Source: Chiloscyllium plagiosum
Taxonomy: Eukaryota
Assembly (NCBI RefSeq): GCF_004010195.1
Contig: NC_057719.1
Span: 79,472,503 to 79,536,502, forward strand
Reading direction: 5' to 3'
Length of the DNA stretch: 64,000 nt
Positions 12,740-24,289 of the stretch are shown here, piece by piece (positions within the stretch are counted from its first letter, which is position 1; each line of letters opens with the position of its first letter). The notes beneath the pieces were generated by a model. The model saw only the letters and a program-made list of their open reading frames with translations. It had not been told where the DNA came from and did not search any database. Position numbers and translations under genes: made by a program.

Positions 12740-13652
12740 ATAAATTCCTGGGACCTGATCACGTGTACCCTGGAATTCTGTGGGAAACAAGGGAAGTTAT
12801 TGCTGGGCCCCTTGCTGAGATATTTGTATCGTCAATAGCCACAGCTGAGGTGCAGAAAGATTGAAGCTTGGCTAACGTGGTGCCACTATTTAAGAAATGT
12901 GATAAGGAAAAGTCAGGGAACTATAGACCAATGAGTCTGACATCGGTAATGGGCAAGTTGTTGGAGGAATCCTGAGGCACAGAATTTACATTTATTTGGA
13001 AAGGCAAGGACTGATTAGTGGTAGTCAGCATGGCTTTGTGCACAGAAACTCGTGTCTCACAAACTTAATTGAGTTTTTTGAAGAAGTAACAAAGAGGATT
13101 GATGAAGGCAGAGCAGTAGAGATGATCTTTATGGACTTTAGTAAGGCATTTGACAAGGTTCCTCTTGGTAGACTTGTTAGCCTGGTCAGATCTCATGGAA
13201 TACAGGGAGAACTAGTTATCTGGATACATAACTGGCCTTAAGGCAGAGTGAGGTGGTGGAGGGTTATTTTTCAGACTGGAGGCCTGTGACCAATGGTGTG
13301 TCTCAAGGATTGGTGCTGAGTCCACTGCTTTTTGTCATTCATAGAAATGATTTGAACGTGAACATAAGAGGTATGGTGTGTAAGTTTGCAGATGACACCA
13401 AAATTGGAGGTGTAGTGGACAGCGAAGAGGTTTATCTCAGAGTACAATGGGATCTTGATCAGATGGGCTGAGAAGTGGTAGATGGAGTTTAATTTAGGTA
13501 AATGTGAGGTGTTGCATTTTGGAAAAGCAAATAAGGGCAGGATTTATATATTTAATGGTAAGGTCCTGGGGAGTTTTGCTGAACAAAGAGACCTTGGTGT
13601 GAAGGTTCATAGTTCCATGGAGTCCCAGGTAGACAGGATAGTGAAGAAGGCG
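12740..13652 (+). mobile_element. Outer CR1 LINE, part 2 (RT)
   Basis: Begins at the PGPD.VYP motif that follows KVDK; contains QHGF..SCLTNLIEFFEEVT and [10 protein letters not shown]. Confidence 0.92.
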
Positions 13653-14614
13653 CAAAAACGATGTAAAGAGAAATCAGAGTTATTGTTTCGGGTGCGGTGA
13701 CCCTTCCACAGAATTGGGATTTCTGACAGGATTTCCTTTCCAATCTTTTTTTCTTGTCCACTGACATTAATTTCTCTGTCACTCCTGGTGTTTGACCAGG
13801 TATTTGTTAAAACCTATTTCCACAGCCACATCACATTCCTCGGTGACTGCCTCTGGCTCAGACTCACCCCATGTGGATTCCAACTGAAGTTTTCTCCCTT
13901 GTGCTTTGAATCCACCCGGGATCACAGGGATCTTGGTGATGTTCAATATTCCACAGACCATTGGCCCATCTGATCAAGGTCCCTTTGTACTCTGAGATAA
14001 GTCCACTACACCTCCAATTTTGGTGTCATCTGCAAACTTACTAAACATACGTCTTACGTTCACATTCAAATCATTTATATAAATGGCAAAAAGCAGTGGA
14101 CCCAGCACCAATCCTTGTGACACATGACTGGTCACAGGCCTCCAGTCTGAAAAACAACCCTCCACCACCACCTCTGCCTTCAAGCCAGTTATGTATCCAA
14201 ATTGCTAGTTCTCCCTGTATTCCATGAGATCTAACCAGTCTACCAAGAGGAACCTTGTCAAATGCCTTACTGAAATCCCTATAGATCACACCTAACGCTC
14301 TTGCCACATCCTGAGATCCACAATCAGTGCCACGCGACGTCATACACACACTTTCGACCTCTCTCTCCAACAGAATTGCAACAGGCTGGCTCAGGGCTGC
14401 ACCACTCCGCAGTTCCATTTCGCTGCGCTGAGAAACTTTTTCTTTTCCTTTCGGTCATCAAAGCCACACGACAGCAGTTCTGAGGAAGGATCACCAGACC
14501 TGAAACATTAACTCTGATTTCTCTTCACAGACGCTGCCAGACCTGCTGAGCTTTTCCAGCAACTTCTGTTTTTGTTTCTGATTTATAGCATCTGCAGTTC
14601 TTTCGATTTTTATT
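13653..14614 (+). mobile_element. Penelope-derived element with inverted termini and ORF N-terminal remnant, containing an inverted CR1 segment (13961-14290)
   Basis: TSD tagtgaagaa at 13639-13648 and 14615-14624; 13660-13713 is the reverse complement of about 14478-14533, which has a decayed hammerhead-like ctgaggaagg...ctgaaac; internal FDQVFVKTYFHSHITFL..CL...GFQLKF and ILRSTISATRRH..LSLQQ..KLFLFLS. Confidence 0.75.
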
Positions 14615-15267
14615 TAGTGAAGAAAGTGTTTGGAGTGCTCGTCTTTATTGGTCAGTACATTGAGTATAGGATTGGGTGGTCATGTTGTGGCTGTACAGGA
14701 CATTAGTTAGGCCACTTTTGGAATATTGTGTGCACTTCTGGTCTCCCTGCTGTATGAAGGATGTGGTGAAGCTTGAAAGGATTCAGAAAAGGTTTACAAG
14801 GATATTGTCAAGGTTGGAGGGTTTGAGCTATAGGGAGAGGCTGTACAGGCTAGGGCTGTTTTCCCTGGAGCATCAGAGGCTGAGAGGTGACCTTATAGAG
14901 GTTTGTAAAATCATGAGGGGCATGGATAGGGTAAATAGACAAGGTCTTTTCCCCAGGATAGGGGAGTCCAAAACTGGAGGGCATGGGTTTAAGGTGAGAG
15001 GGGAAAGATTTAAAAGGGACCTAAAAGGCAATTTTTTCACACAAAGGGTGGTGTGTGTATGGAACGAACTGCCAATGGAAGTGGTGGAGGCTGGTACAAT
15101 TACAACATTTAAAAGGCATCTGGATGGATACATAATTAAGAAGGGTTTAGGCGGATATGAGCCAAATGGGACTTGATCTATTTTGGATATCTGGTCAGCA
15201 TGGACAAGTTAGACTGAAGGGTCTGCTTCCATGCTGTACATCTCGATAACTCTATGACTCTATGACT
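14615..15267 (+). mobile_element. Outer CR1 LINE, part 3 (ORF2 C-terminus and 3' UTR)
   Basis: ORF 14676-15176 LYRTLVRPLLEYCVHFWSP...FKRHLD; (ctctatga)n tail. Confidence 0.93.
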
Positions 15268-15432
15268 GGTGCTCTGTATGTGGGAGTGAGATTAATTCTA
15301 TATCTGTCAGGATTAGTGGATTGTGTGAGGGAGTGAATCTAATTCCATATCCATCAGGGTTGATGGACTGTACGTGGGAGTGAAATTAATTCCATATCTG
15401 TCAGGGTTGGTGGATTTTATGTGGGAGTGAGG
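15266..15432 (+). repeat. ~47-bp minisatellite, about 3.5 units
   Basis: Repeating gtgggagtgagattaattccatatctgtcagggttggtggac/t unit. Confidence 0.8.
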
Positions 15433-15625
15433 TTAGCTCAGTTCACTGGACAGCTAGTTTGCAATGTAGAGTGATACTGACAGTGTAGGTTCAATTCTTT
15501 TACTAGCTGAGGACATCATGAAGATCTCACCTTCTCAACCGTGTCTACTGCCTTATGTTTAAGCTCAGCTGCAGTCATTTCTCTCTCTCTCTCTCTATAA
15601 TGAGAATGCAGTCCAACGCTGCTCG
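15431..15625 (+). mobile_element. tRNA-derived SINE distinct from HE1
   Basis: A-box-like ggttagctcagtt and B-box-like ggttcaattc; body atgaag...ccttctcaacc. Confidence 0.55.
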
Positions 15626-16486
15626 TAAAGCTATCATAGTTCATTCAGGTCAATGAAGAATTTTCTTTTACCTTTACCTACTAAACTCATGATCCAGTTC
15701 CTCTCTGCCCCTCTATTTCATTCTTAATTTGGTTAGACTCTGCTCCTATAATGAACAATGAACCTCACACTATTGTATTCCAATCCAGTCAATTTCACAT
15801 CTGTCTACAAAACAACCAGCCGCACTCTAATAGGTGAAGTGTTTTGTGTCGTGTATGTCATCTGGGCATCCCAACACATCAAAATTCAGTATTGTCAGAC
15901 AGATTGAAAGAACGGCAATAGCGTATTAGAAGCCCACTTATATCGATGTGCTCTCTGGAAGCCTCTGTGCTCTCAGCCACTGTAACTAATGGGTTGTGAT
16001 AATATTACAAACTTTCCTTTATTTCTCCCTATTTCTTTAAAATTCAATTAGACACAAATTTCCTCTCTCAAAGCTAGTGGATTCCCTCCACATTCTCGAA
16101 GTTGTAACTGGATGTATTCAGCCAGTAAGTGTGACTGTTATGAGTACATTAATACTTCAGGCACACTTAACCCCCATTAGCCTTTTTATGAAGTCTTTTA
16201 ATGTTTATGTTACAAATAAAATGAAAATGAAGGATAATAATATGGAGGTTTAAACTAATAGTCCGGGGAACTTAAATCCAACACGGCCGTTTGAGAACTT
16301 GGGTAAATTTGATTATCTAGAAATGTAAAGCTGGTCTAAATAAAAGTGACCACAAACAAAATGCCAAATTGTTGTTGAAATTTAATTCATTAATTCAAAA
16401 TCTTCTTTACTCAGTCCAATCTGATATGTGAATCCTGCCCTGTGTTCAATGTAACCTGATGGTGCACACAGTTTTATTAAGCCGAC

Positions 16487-18052
16487 AATGATTCATAAAG
16501 AAAGGACTGTAAAGAAAAGCCTGGGAACTATAGACCAGTAAGCCTAAAATCTGTGGTGCATAAGTTACTTGAGAAGATTCTGAGAGATAAGATATACATG
16601 CATTTGGAAAGACAGGGTTTGATTCGGAGCAATCCTGGCTTTGTGCTTGGGAGATCATGCCTCACAAATATCTTATAGAGTTCTTCGATGAAGTGACCAG
16701 GAAAGTTGATGAGGGCAGAATGGTAGACATAGTCTCTAAGGATTCTGGATCAGTGGTGCTGGAAGAGCACAGCAATTCAGGCAGCATCCTTGCCTGTCCT
16801 CGGATGCTGCCTGAATTGCTGTGCTCTTCCAGCACCACTGATCCAGAATCTGGTTTCCAGCATCTGCAGTCATTGTTTTTACCATAGTCTCTAAGGATTT
16901 CAGTAAGGCCTTTGGTAAGGTTCCACTTGATAGGCTGCTTTGGAAGGTTAGTTTGCATGGAATCCAGGGGGAGCTGGCAAGTTGGATATGCAATTGGCTT
17001 GATGGTAGGAAGCAGAGGGTAATAGTGGAAGGATGCTTGTCAGACTGGAGGCCTGTGACTAGTGGAGTGCCTGCAGGGGTGGTTGCTGGGTCCATTACTG
17101 TTTGTTATCTATATCAATGATTTAGATGAGAATGTACAAGATATGATTAGTAAGTTTGCAGAAGACACTAAAATAGGCAAAATCGTGGACAATGAGGAAG
17201 CTTATCAGAAACTGCAGCAGAACCTTGATCAGCTGGGGAAGAAGGCTAAGAAATGGCAAATGGAGATTCATGTCGATAAGTGTGAGGTCCTGCATTTTGG
17301 AAAGTCAAATCAAGGCAGGTGTGCCCTGATGAATGATAGGGCCTTAAGGAGTGTAGTGGAACAGAGGGACCTTGGAGTTCAGGTGCATTGTTCTCTGAAA
17401 GTGAAGTCACAGGTAGAAAGGGCAGTGAAGAAAGCTTTTGGCACACTGGCCTTCATTAATCAGGACATTGAGAATAGAAGTTGGGAAGTTATGTTGCAGT
17501 TGTACAGGACGTTGGTGAGACCACACTCAGAGTATTGTGTTCAGTTTTGGTCACCTTGCTGTAGGAAAGATATTATTAAACTGGAAAGAATACAGAAGAA
17601 CTTTACAAGGATGTTGCCAGGACTCAACAGTCTGAGTTACAGGGAGAGGTTGGACAAGCGAGGACTTTTCTCCATAGAGCGTAGGAGATTGAGGGGGGAT
17701 CTTAAAGAGGTATATAAGGTCATGAGAGGCATGGATAGAGTGAATGCATTTGATCTTTTTCCCAGGGTTACAGAATCGAGGACAAGAGATAATCAGTTTA
17801 AGGTTAAAGGGAACCTGAGGGGCAATTTTTTTACACAGAGAGTGGTATGTTTATGGAATGAGCTGGCAGATGAAGTGATTGAGGCTGGTACATTAACAAC
17901 ATTTAAAAGGCATTTGGACAAATACATGGATATGAAATGGTTAGAAGGATATGGATCAAGTGGAAAATGGGGTTAGCATGGATGGACAGTTTGGTCGGCA
18001 TTGACCAGTTTGAGTCAAAGGGCCTGTCTCCGTGCTGTAGGACTCTATGACT
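16487..18052 (+). mobile_element. 5'-truncated CR1 LINE with a 304-aa open RT/C-terminal frame
   Basis: ORF 17062-17976; catalytic motif reads KFAEDTK instead of FADD; ends with tctatgact; interrupted at 16745-16882. Confidence 0.95.
16741..16882. mobile_element. Short Penelope-derived fold-back insertion
   Basis: Perfect 49-bp inverted repeat (16741-16789 / 16802-16850, 12-nt loop); 17-bp TSD catagtctctaaggatt at 16728-16744 and 16883-16899; tail ccagcatctgcagtc shared with other PLE-derived copies. Confidence 0.85.
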
Positions 18053-19496
18053 GCCATCTTCTTAGGTAACAATGGAATGGCAATAAACACAGGCCTTGTC
18101 AATGTGTCCCACATCATGAGAACTAAATTCATGGAGAATTTGCTCAATTTGCACCAGAGAAGATACACTTTGATAGGAAGTGTGCCTTAGTCAGGGGTGA
18201 CCTGGAATTAAATATTCCTGATAATGCAGAGAGGAGAGGGATAAAGGGAAGGAGAAAAAAATGTCTTGGTAATGGAAGACGTAATATAACCTCAGAAAAT
18301 TTGTATTCCTGTGGACATGGACCCCAGGTCTGCCTCCTTCATCCTGAATGGATATCAGTCCTGTGTTATGGACCCTTGTACTGAACCACACCCTTGCCCA
18401 TTGAGCTAATTGGCTTCTTTGTCAATGGTTACTTAAAATTTAAGAAGGTTATTATTCTATTGAGAGGACATTATAGTTCAGCAAAATGTTAGGAAGAAAA
18501 AAAGTTGTGGATGAGAGAGGAGTTTGCAGCAGTATTGCAATGATGGGTAACCATCCGAAGGCAAGTAGGTAAGTGACTTGAACTGAGACTGATCCATAGA
18601 ACACATAGCACGCAACTATAAAAAAGAACAGTGTTGGATTTATTTCTGAGTAACTACACTTCATACAAAATGCAACATGAAAGGTGCTATGTAAATGTAA
18701 GATTTTTTAATTTTCAATCGAAATAGATGGACATTGGGAATTAGTAACCACAGGTCAATGGGGGTTGTGTTTTAGAGAAAGGAAAGGATCAAAATTAACA
18801 TGATAATCTGAACTTTGACCAATTTCAGTGGATCAAAGGGAGACTAATATATTTGAGTTGGTTGATGAAATGGTGAATCAAACAGTGCTTTCATGATTAA
18901 AGAAAGGATTTAGAATGCATTTGAAATGGCAGAATGTGTTTGAAACACTGGCATTGATGTGGGGCAAGTGGCATACTTCATTGCTGCCATTAATTTGTTG
19001 GTTTGTGCGTTCACACATTCATTGCTGGAAGTTAGGATTTACACTAGATGGAGTTTTAACACTAGATGGAGACATTACTTTTCATTGACTCTGCTTTCTC
19101 CATTAGGCCAAATCCCAAAGCTATGTAAAATCTCTGGGGCGTATCAGTTTCACCTTGGGCAGTTGCGCAAAACAGGCAATATAGCAAATTAGCTGCCTGT
19201 TTTAAACTGCATCTGATTTTAATTCCAAGTCAAATCAATACTCCTTTGTGCCTAAAATTTTTGTCCCTCAGCTAAATATCACAAAATTACATTGTCATTA
19301 ACTCATTGTTGTTTGTGGGATCTTGCTGTGCACCAATTGGCTGCTGCACCCCCCACGCTGCCAAAGTACTTTGCTGAGTGCAAAGAGGTTTACAACAACT
19401 TGAGGCTGCGATAGGTAAAATTATAAACGCGAGCTTTTCCATAAAGCGGCAGAATCAATCCAGAATCCGAAATCCCACTCTGTCACAGGACTGAGG

Positions 19497-19714
19497 TAGT
19501 CATGATGTGGAGATGCCGGTGTTGGACTGGGGTGTACAAAGTTAAAAATCACACAACACCAGGTTATAGTCCAACAGGTTTAATTGGAAGCACTAGCGCT
19601 GCTCCTTCATCAGGTGGTTGTGTACTCCACAACCACCTGTGAAGGAGCAGTGCTCCAAAACTAGTGCTTCCAATTAAACCTGTTGGACTATAACCTGGTG
19701 TTGTGTGATTTTTA
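19497..19714. mobile_element. Fold-back Penelope-derived mini-element (family A) with decayed hammerhead motifs
   Basis: Arms gttaaaaatcacacaacaccaggttatagtccaacagg and its reverse complement; 12-bp TSD acaggactgagg at 19485-19496 and 19715-19726. Confidence 0.85.
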
Positions 19715-19929
19715 ACAGGACTGAGGGCCAGCCTGGTTGTGGGTGCAGCTCCCAGCTCTTGGACTGGTCAGAGAGTTGAGCCAATACATCGGCCAATAAC
19801 TCTCAATTACCCCGACACTTGGAGGTGTTGTGAGATGGTCAGTACGTGTGCCTGATATTCCAAACAATCCTCACTAAGAAAGATTTCTGGGTGCCAACAA
19901 AATGCTCACAGCTAACCTCTGTTCATTAC

Positions 19930-20192
19930 CAATTCTGTTTGATGTCGATTGTGTTCAATGGGTTTGCAGGAGACCTCTAATTCACTTGGTAATAAGAAGG
20001 CCATTCCTAATATCTCAGATGATAATTAAGAGTAATCCACATTGCTGTGGATCTGGAGTCACATGTAGGCCAGATCACGTAAGGAGAGCAAATGACAGAA
20101 ATAACAATTGTACCACACAACAATTCTGTTTGATGTCGATTGTGTTCAATGGGTTTGCAGGAGACCTCTAATTCACTTGGTAATAAGAAGGC
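19930..20192 (+). repeat. 72-bp direct duplication flanking a 120-bp copy of 21925-22044
   Basis: 19930-20001 equals 20121-20192; 20001-20120 matches 21925-22044 with one visible mismatch. Confidence 0.92.
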
Positions 20193-20300
20193 AACTAACA
20201 TCATTATGAGTTCACAGGTAACTGATTTGTCCCTGGTCAGAATCCTGATGAGGAACCCAGAGTCGATCTATTGCTGCTGGAAGACCATGGTTACAGAAGA

Positions 20301-20478
20301 TTAGATTAGATTCCCTACAGTGTGGAAACAGGCCCTTCAGCCCAACAAGTCCACACCAACCCTCCAAAGAGGAATCCACCCAGACCCATTCCCTTCCCCT
20401 ATATTTACCCCTGACTAATGCACCTAACACTATGGGCAATTTAGCATGGCCAAATCATCTAACCTGCACATCTTTGGA
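20301..20478 (-). mobile_element. HE1-type SINE, 3' half
   Basis: (ttaga)n tail, ttccctacagtgtggaaacaggccc, aacctgcacatctttgga. Confidence 0.88.
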
Positions 20479-20534
20479 TGTTACAATTCGGTGGAAAGCA
20501 GACACATCCTCATTTCAATATTCATCCAGAGTAG

Positions 20535-20892
20535 ATTTTTTTTATTCATTGTTTGAGGGCATCACTGGCTGGGTCAGCAATTATTGTCCATCCCTAATTG
20601 CCCAGAGGCCAGTTAAGAGTCAACCACGTTGCTGTGGGTCTGGAGTCACATGTAGGCCAGACCAGGTAAGGATGCCAGTTTCCTTCCCTAAAGGACATTA
20701 ATGAACCAGATGGATTCTTTTCCAACAATTGTCAATGGATTCATGGTCATCATTAGACTCTTAATTCCAGATTTTTATTGAATTCAAATTTCACCATCAG
20801 CAGCAGCGGGATTTGAACCTGAGTTTCCAGAACATTACCTGGGTCTCTGGATGAATAGTCTAAGCCATCAATAATATCACTGGGCCATAGCC
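20535..20892 (-). mobile_element. tRNA-headed SINE with an L2/CR1-group LINE-like 3' tail
   Basis: B-box ggttcaaatccc on the minus strand; body ccttccctaaaggacatta.tgaaccagatggg; second copy at 27100-27445. Confidence 0.75.
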
Positions 20893-20959
20893 TCATGGGA
20901 GTCACTCAGGTTATACTCCAAATTTACTTTGTGGAAGTGAGGAAAGATGTTATAGAAAA

Positions 20960-21420
20960 TAGAACAGTTTACATTGATGTAAGACCTTTCACAATTTCAG
21001 ACTGTCCTGAAGCTCCCTGCAGTCAATGATTGTTTTTGCTTCAATGTACAGCCATTGTGTCAATTTATAAAACATGGCAACTCTTTCTTCACATGATGAG
21101 ATGCCACAAACATCAGTATGATAAAGGCCAGGGAATCTATGTTTTGGTGATATTAGTTGAAGGATAAATATTGACTGGGTCAGCAAGGAGAACTCACCGT
21201 TCTTCTCTTCGATAATCAAGTATAGTGGGATCTATCAGAAAGCCCCTTGGGAGGGCAGGTGGAGCCTCAATTTCATCCAAAAGGTGACACTTCATGACTG
21301 GGCAGGATTCGGTCAATGCAGTATTGGGAATGTCATTCCAGATTTGGTGCTTTAAGTGGGACTTGAGCCTTTCACATGCTGTCTGCAGGTAAAAGAGGGC
21401 TGCCCACTTGAGCCACTAAC
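20960..21420 (-). mobile_element. Deu-domain SINE (SacSINE1/AmnSINE1-like), degenerate
   Basis: Reverse-complement similarity to the 23150-23550 copy (gttgaaggataaatattg, gagaactc, gtgggatct). Confidence 0.65.
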
Positions 21421-22044
21421 CTTGCTAGCAGTGTTACAAAGGGAAGGCTGGCATCTGCTCACAATAGGGAGCTTTTGAAGCTCATTGGGAGTAATTCTAA
21501 CCTACTACAAGTCCGAGTCAGCTGCCAGTTGCATACCTCTCCCGATGTGAAGTGGCGTTGAGATCAATGGAAGAGCTGTAAAATGGATAATTGATCTGCT
21601 ATGATGCCGCAGTGTCACCACATGCCTTCCTTTCTGATGCTGCCCTGCATTCCCACTATTGGCTTTCCAAAATGCCAGTAATTAAAATGCTACACCTTGC
21701 AACGCTAAAATCTCTTCTTGGATAATTCTCAACTCCAGTCCAAGAGCCTGTCCTTCCATCTCCAATATTTATATTATGATTAATCAGCGAAAGTATTCAA
21801 AACAAATGAGAATATGCCACACAACATTTTCCATCTCCATATGGATTGTCAGCAGGATCTTAGACCTCTTGTTTATTTTTCATTCATGGATCTGGGCCAC
21901 ATAGGTGAGGCCATCATTTATCACCCATTCCTAATATCTCAGATGATAATTAAGAGTAATCCACATTGCTGTGGATCTGGAGTCATATGTAGGCCAGATC
22001 ACGTAAGGAGAGCAAATGACAGAAATAACAATTGTACCACACAA

Positions 22045-23092
22045 GCGCCTTGCAATGACCATCTCCAACATGAGTGATCTACCCAATGGCTCTTAATATT
22101 AACATCGCCGGCCATCAACACCGACTGACCAGAAACTGAACTGGACCAGACATAATAAATACGGTGGCTACAAGAACACCTAGAGACTAGGAAGGTTACA
22201 GCGAGTAATTTACCTCCTGACTACTCAAAGCCTGCCCACCATCTACAAATGCGATAGAATATTCCCCATTGCCTGGATGAGTACAGCTCCAACAACACTC
22301 AAGAAGCTCGACACTATCCAGGACAATGCAGTCCATTTGATTGACATCACGTTCCTAAGTAATCACTCCCTTCACCAACGGTGCCCAGTAGCAGCAGCAT
22401 GTACCTCAACAAGGTGCACTGCAGAAAGTCACCGAGGCTCTGCCAAAAGCACCTTCTGGAGCTATAGGGAGAGGCTGGATAAGTTAGCACTGTTTTCCCT
22501 GGAGTGTCGGAGACTGAGGGGTGACTTTATAGAGGTTTATAAAATCACCAAGGGCATGGATAGGGTAAATAGACAAGGTCTTTTCCCCAGGGCAGGGGAG
22601 TCCAATACTAGACGGCATAGGTTTAAGGTGAGGGGGAAAGACTTAAAAGGGACCTGAGGGATAACCTTTTCACACAGAGAGTGATGCATATATGAATGAG
22701 CTGCCAAAGGAAGTGGTAAAGGCTGGTACAATTACAACGTTTAAAAGGCTTCTACATGAATTGGAAAGATTTAGAAGGATTGGGCCAAATGCTGGTCAAT
22801 GGGATTAGATCAGTTTAGGAATGCCTGGTCAGCATGGACTGAATGGTCTGTTTCCATGCTGTATAAATCAATTATTCCATGTCCTCTTCCATCTAGAAGG
22901 ACAAGGGCAGCACATATATGGGAATGCCATTACCTGCAAATTCCCCTCCCAGCTTCTCACTATGCTGATTTGGAAATATATTGCCGTTCCTTCACTGTCG
23001 CTGGGACCAAGTCCTGGAATTCCCTCCCTAATGGCCTTGTGGGGTTACCTATACCATGGCCTTTGTCAGCAGCAATCACATCACATGAGTGA
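22045..23092 (+). mobile_element. L2/CR1-group LINE 3' part with a nested CR1 fragment (about 22458-22870)
   Basis: STAPTTLKKLDTIQDNAVHLI switches in frame to CR1 SYRERLDKLALFSLECRRLRGD; host resumes at ttccatctagaaggacaagggcagc. Confidence 0.8.
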
Positions 23093-23149
23093 ATGAAGAT
23101 TTCCAGTATCATTGCCACTGAGTCATCACCTCACCCTTTGAGCCACAGC

Positions 23150-23550
23150 TCAGTTAGTGACAAACTTTTGTCTGAGTTAGAAGGTTCTGAGTTCATTCTG
23201 CAATCAAAGCTGACAATGCAGTGTAGTACTGAAAGAGGACTGTGTTGTTGCAGGTGTAGTTTATTAGATGGGATGTTTACACCTCAGGTCCTGCCTGCCC
23301 TCCCAGGTGAGTACAAAAGATCCCATGGCAATATTTCAGAACAGAGCAGGGGAGATCCCCCTGGTGTCCCAGCCAATAATTATCCCTCAATAAACATCAC
23401 AAAAACAGATTATCTCATCATCATTGCATTGCTGTTTAGGGAAACTTAGGTGCTACATTCATGACACTACAATAGAGACTTCAAAAGTACTGTATGGTGC
23501 TTTGGGACATCGAGCAGTTATGAAAGGTGCTATATAAATGCAAGTATTTC
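23150..23550 (+). mobile_element. Deu-domain SINE (SacSINE1/AmnSINE1-like)
   Basis: aaaagatcccatggcaatattt..gagcagggga..cctggtgtcccagccaataattatccctcaa core; 3' end aaaggtgctatataaatgcaagt. Confidence 0.8.
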
Positions 23551-24289
23551 TCTTTCCCCTGGAGATTCTGGGACAATCCTAAAGGGTTGGAAATCGTAGA
23601 CACACTACTGCCCAAAGGCAAACTGATTCCCGTTCCACTTCGCTGGCGAATGCATAGAATCAATTACCCAAGACACCAAGATAAATTCTCTAGAATACAT
23701 AAGACAGCATTCGGGAGAATCAAGTTGAAATAATGAAAGGAAGCTTCGCAAAACAATGGCGGGAGATTCAGGCAGCACAGTAGGAGACCATTTGTTCCGT
23801 CATGATTTTATAAACCTCTGTAAGATCACCCCTCAGCCTCTGAAACTCCAGAGGATAAAAGCCCCAGCCTATTCAGCCTCTCCCTATAGCTCCTGGAAGG
23901 GGCTTTCAGATTTACTGGCTGAGTGAAAGACCAACCTAATTAGATTAATTCTTCTGCTCCCTCCCCACCATCAGCAAATGTCCCCCCCCCACCTTATTTT
24001 CACTTTTTAATCCAATTCCCCTTTTGAAAGACACGATTGAACCTACTTCCATCGCCTTGTCCGATAGATCACAACTCACTGCACAAAGTAAAGTCTTCTC
24101 TGCTGCTTCTTTTGGTTGGAGTGGGCTTTGTTAGCTCCTTTATTAGGAGTTCTATCATATTCAGAGAAGCCTAGTTTTAGGTACTTGCTGTTGAGTCTAT
24201 CACACATGTACTTTTAAAAAAAAACATGCCGATTTGATTAGGCTATTAATTCTCCTGAAGGCTTGCTGCTGCTGCTTTCCAGGATCGCA

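Noticed and set aside
17062..17976. 304-aa RT-like ORF as an active or domesticated gene
   Set aside because: It is a 5'-truncated CR1 with FADD changed to FAED, upstream frameshifts and an insertion.
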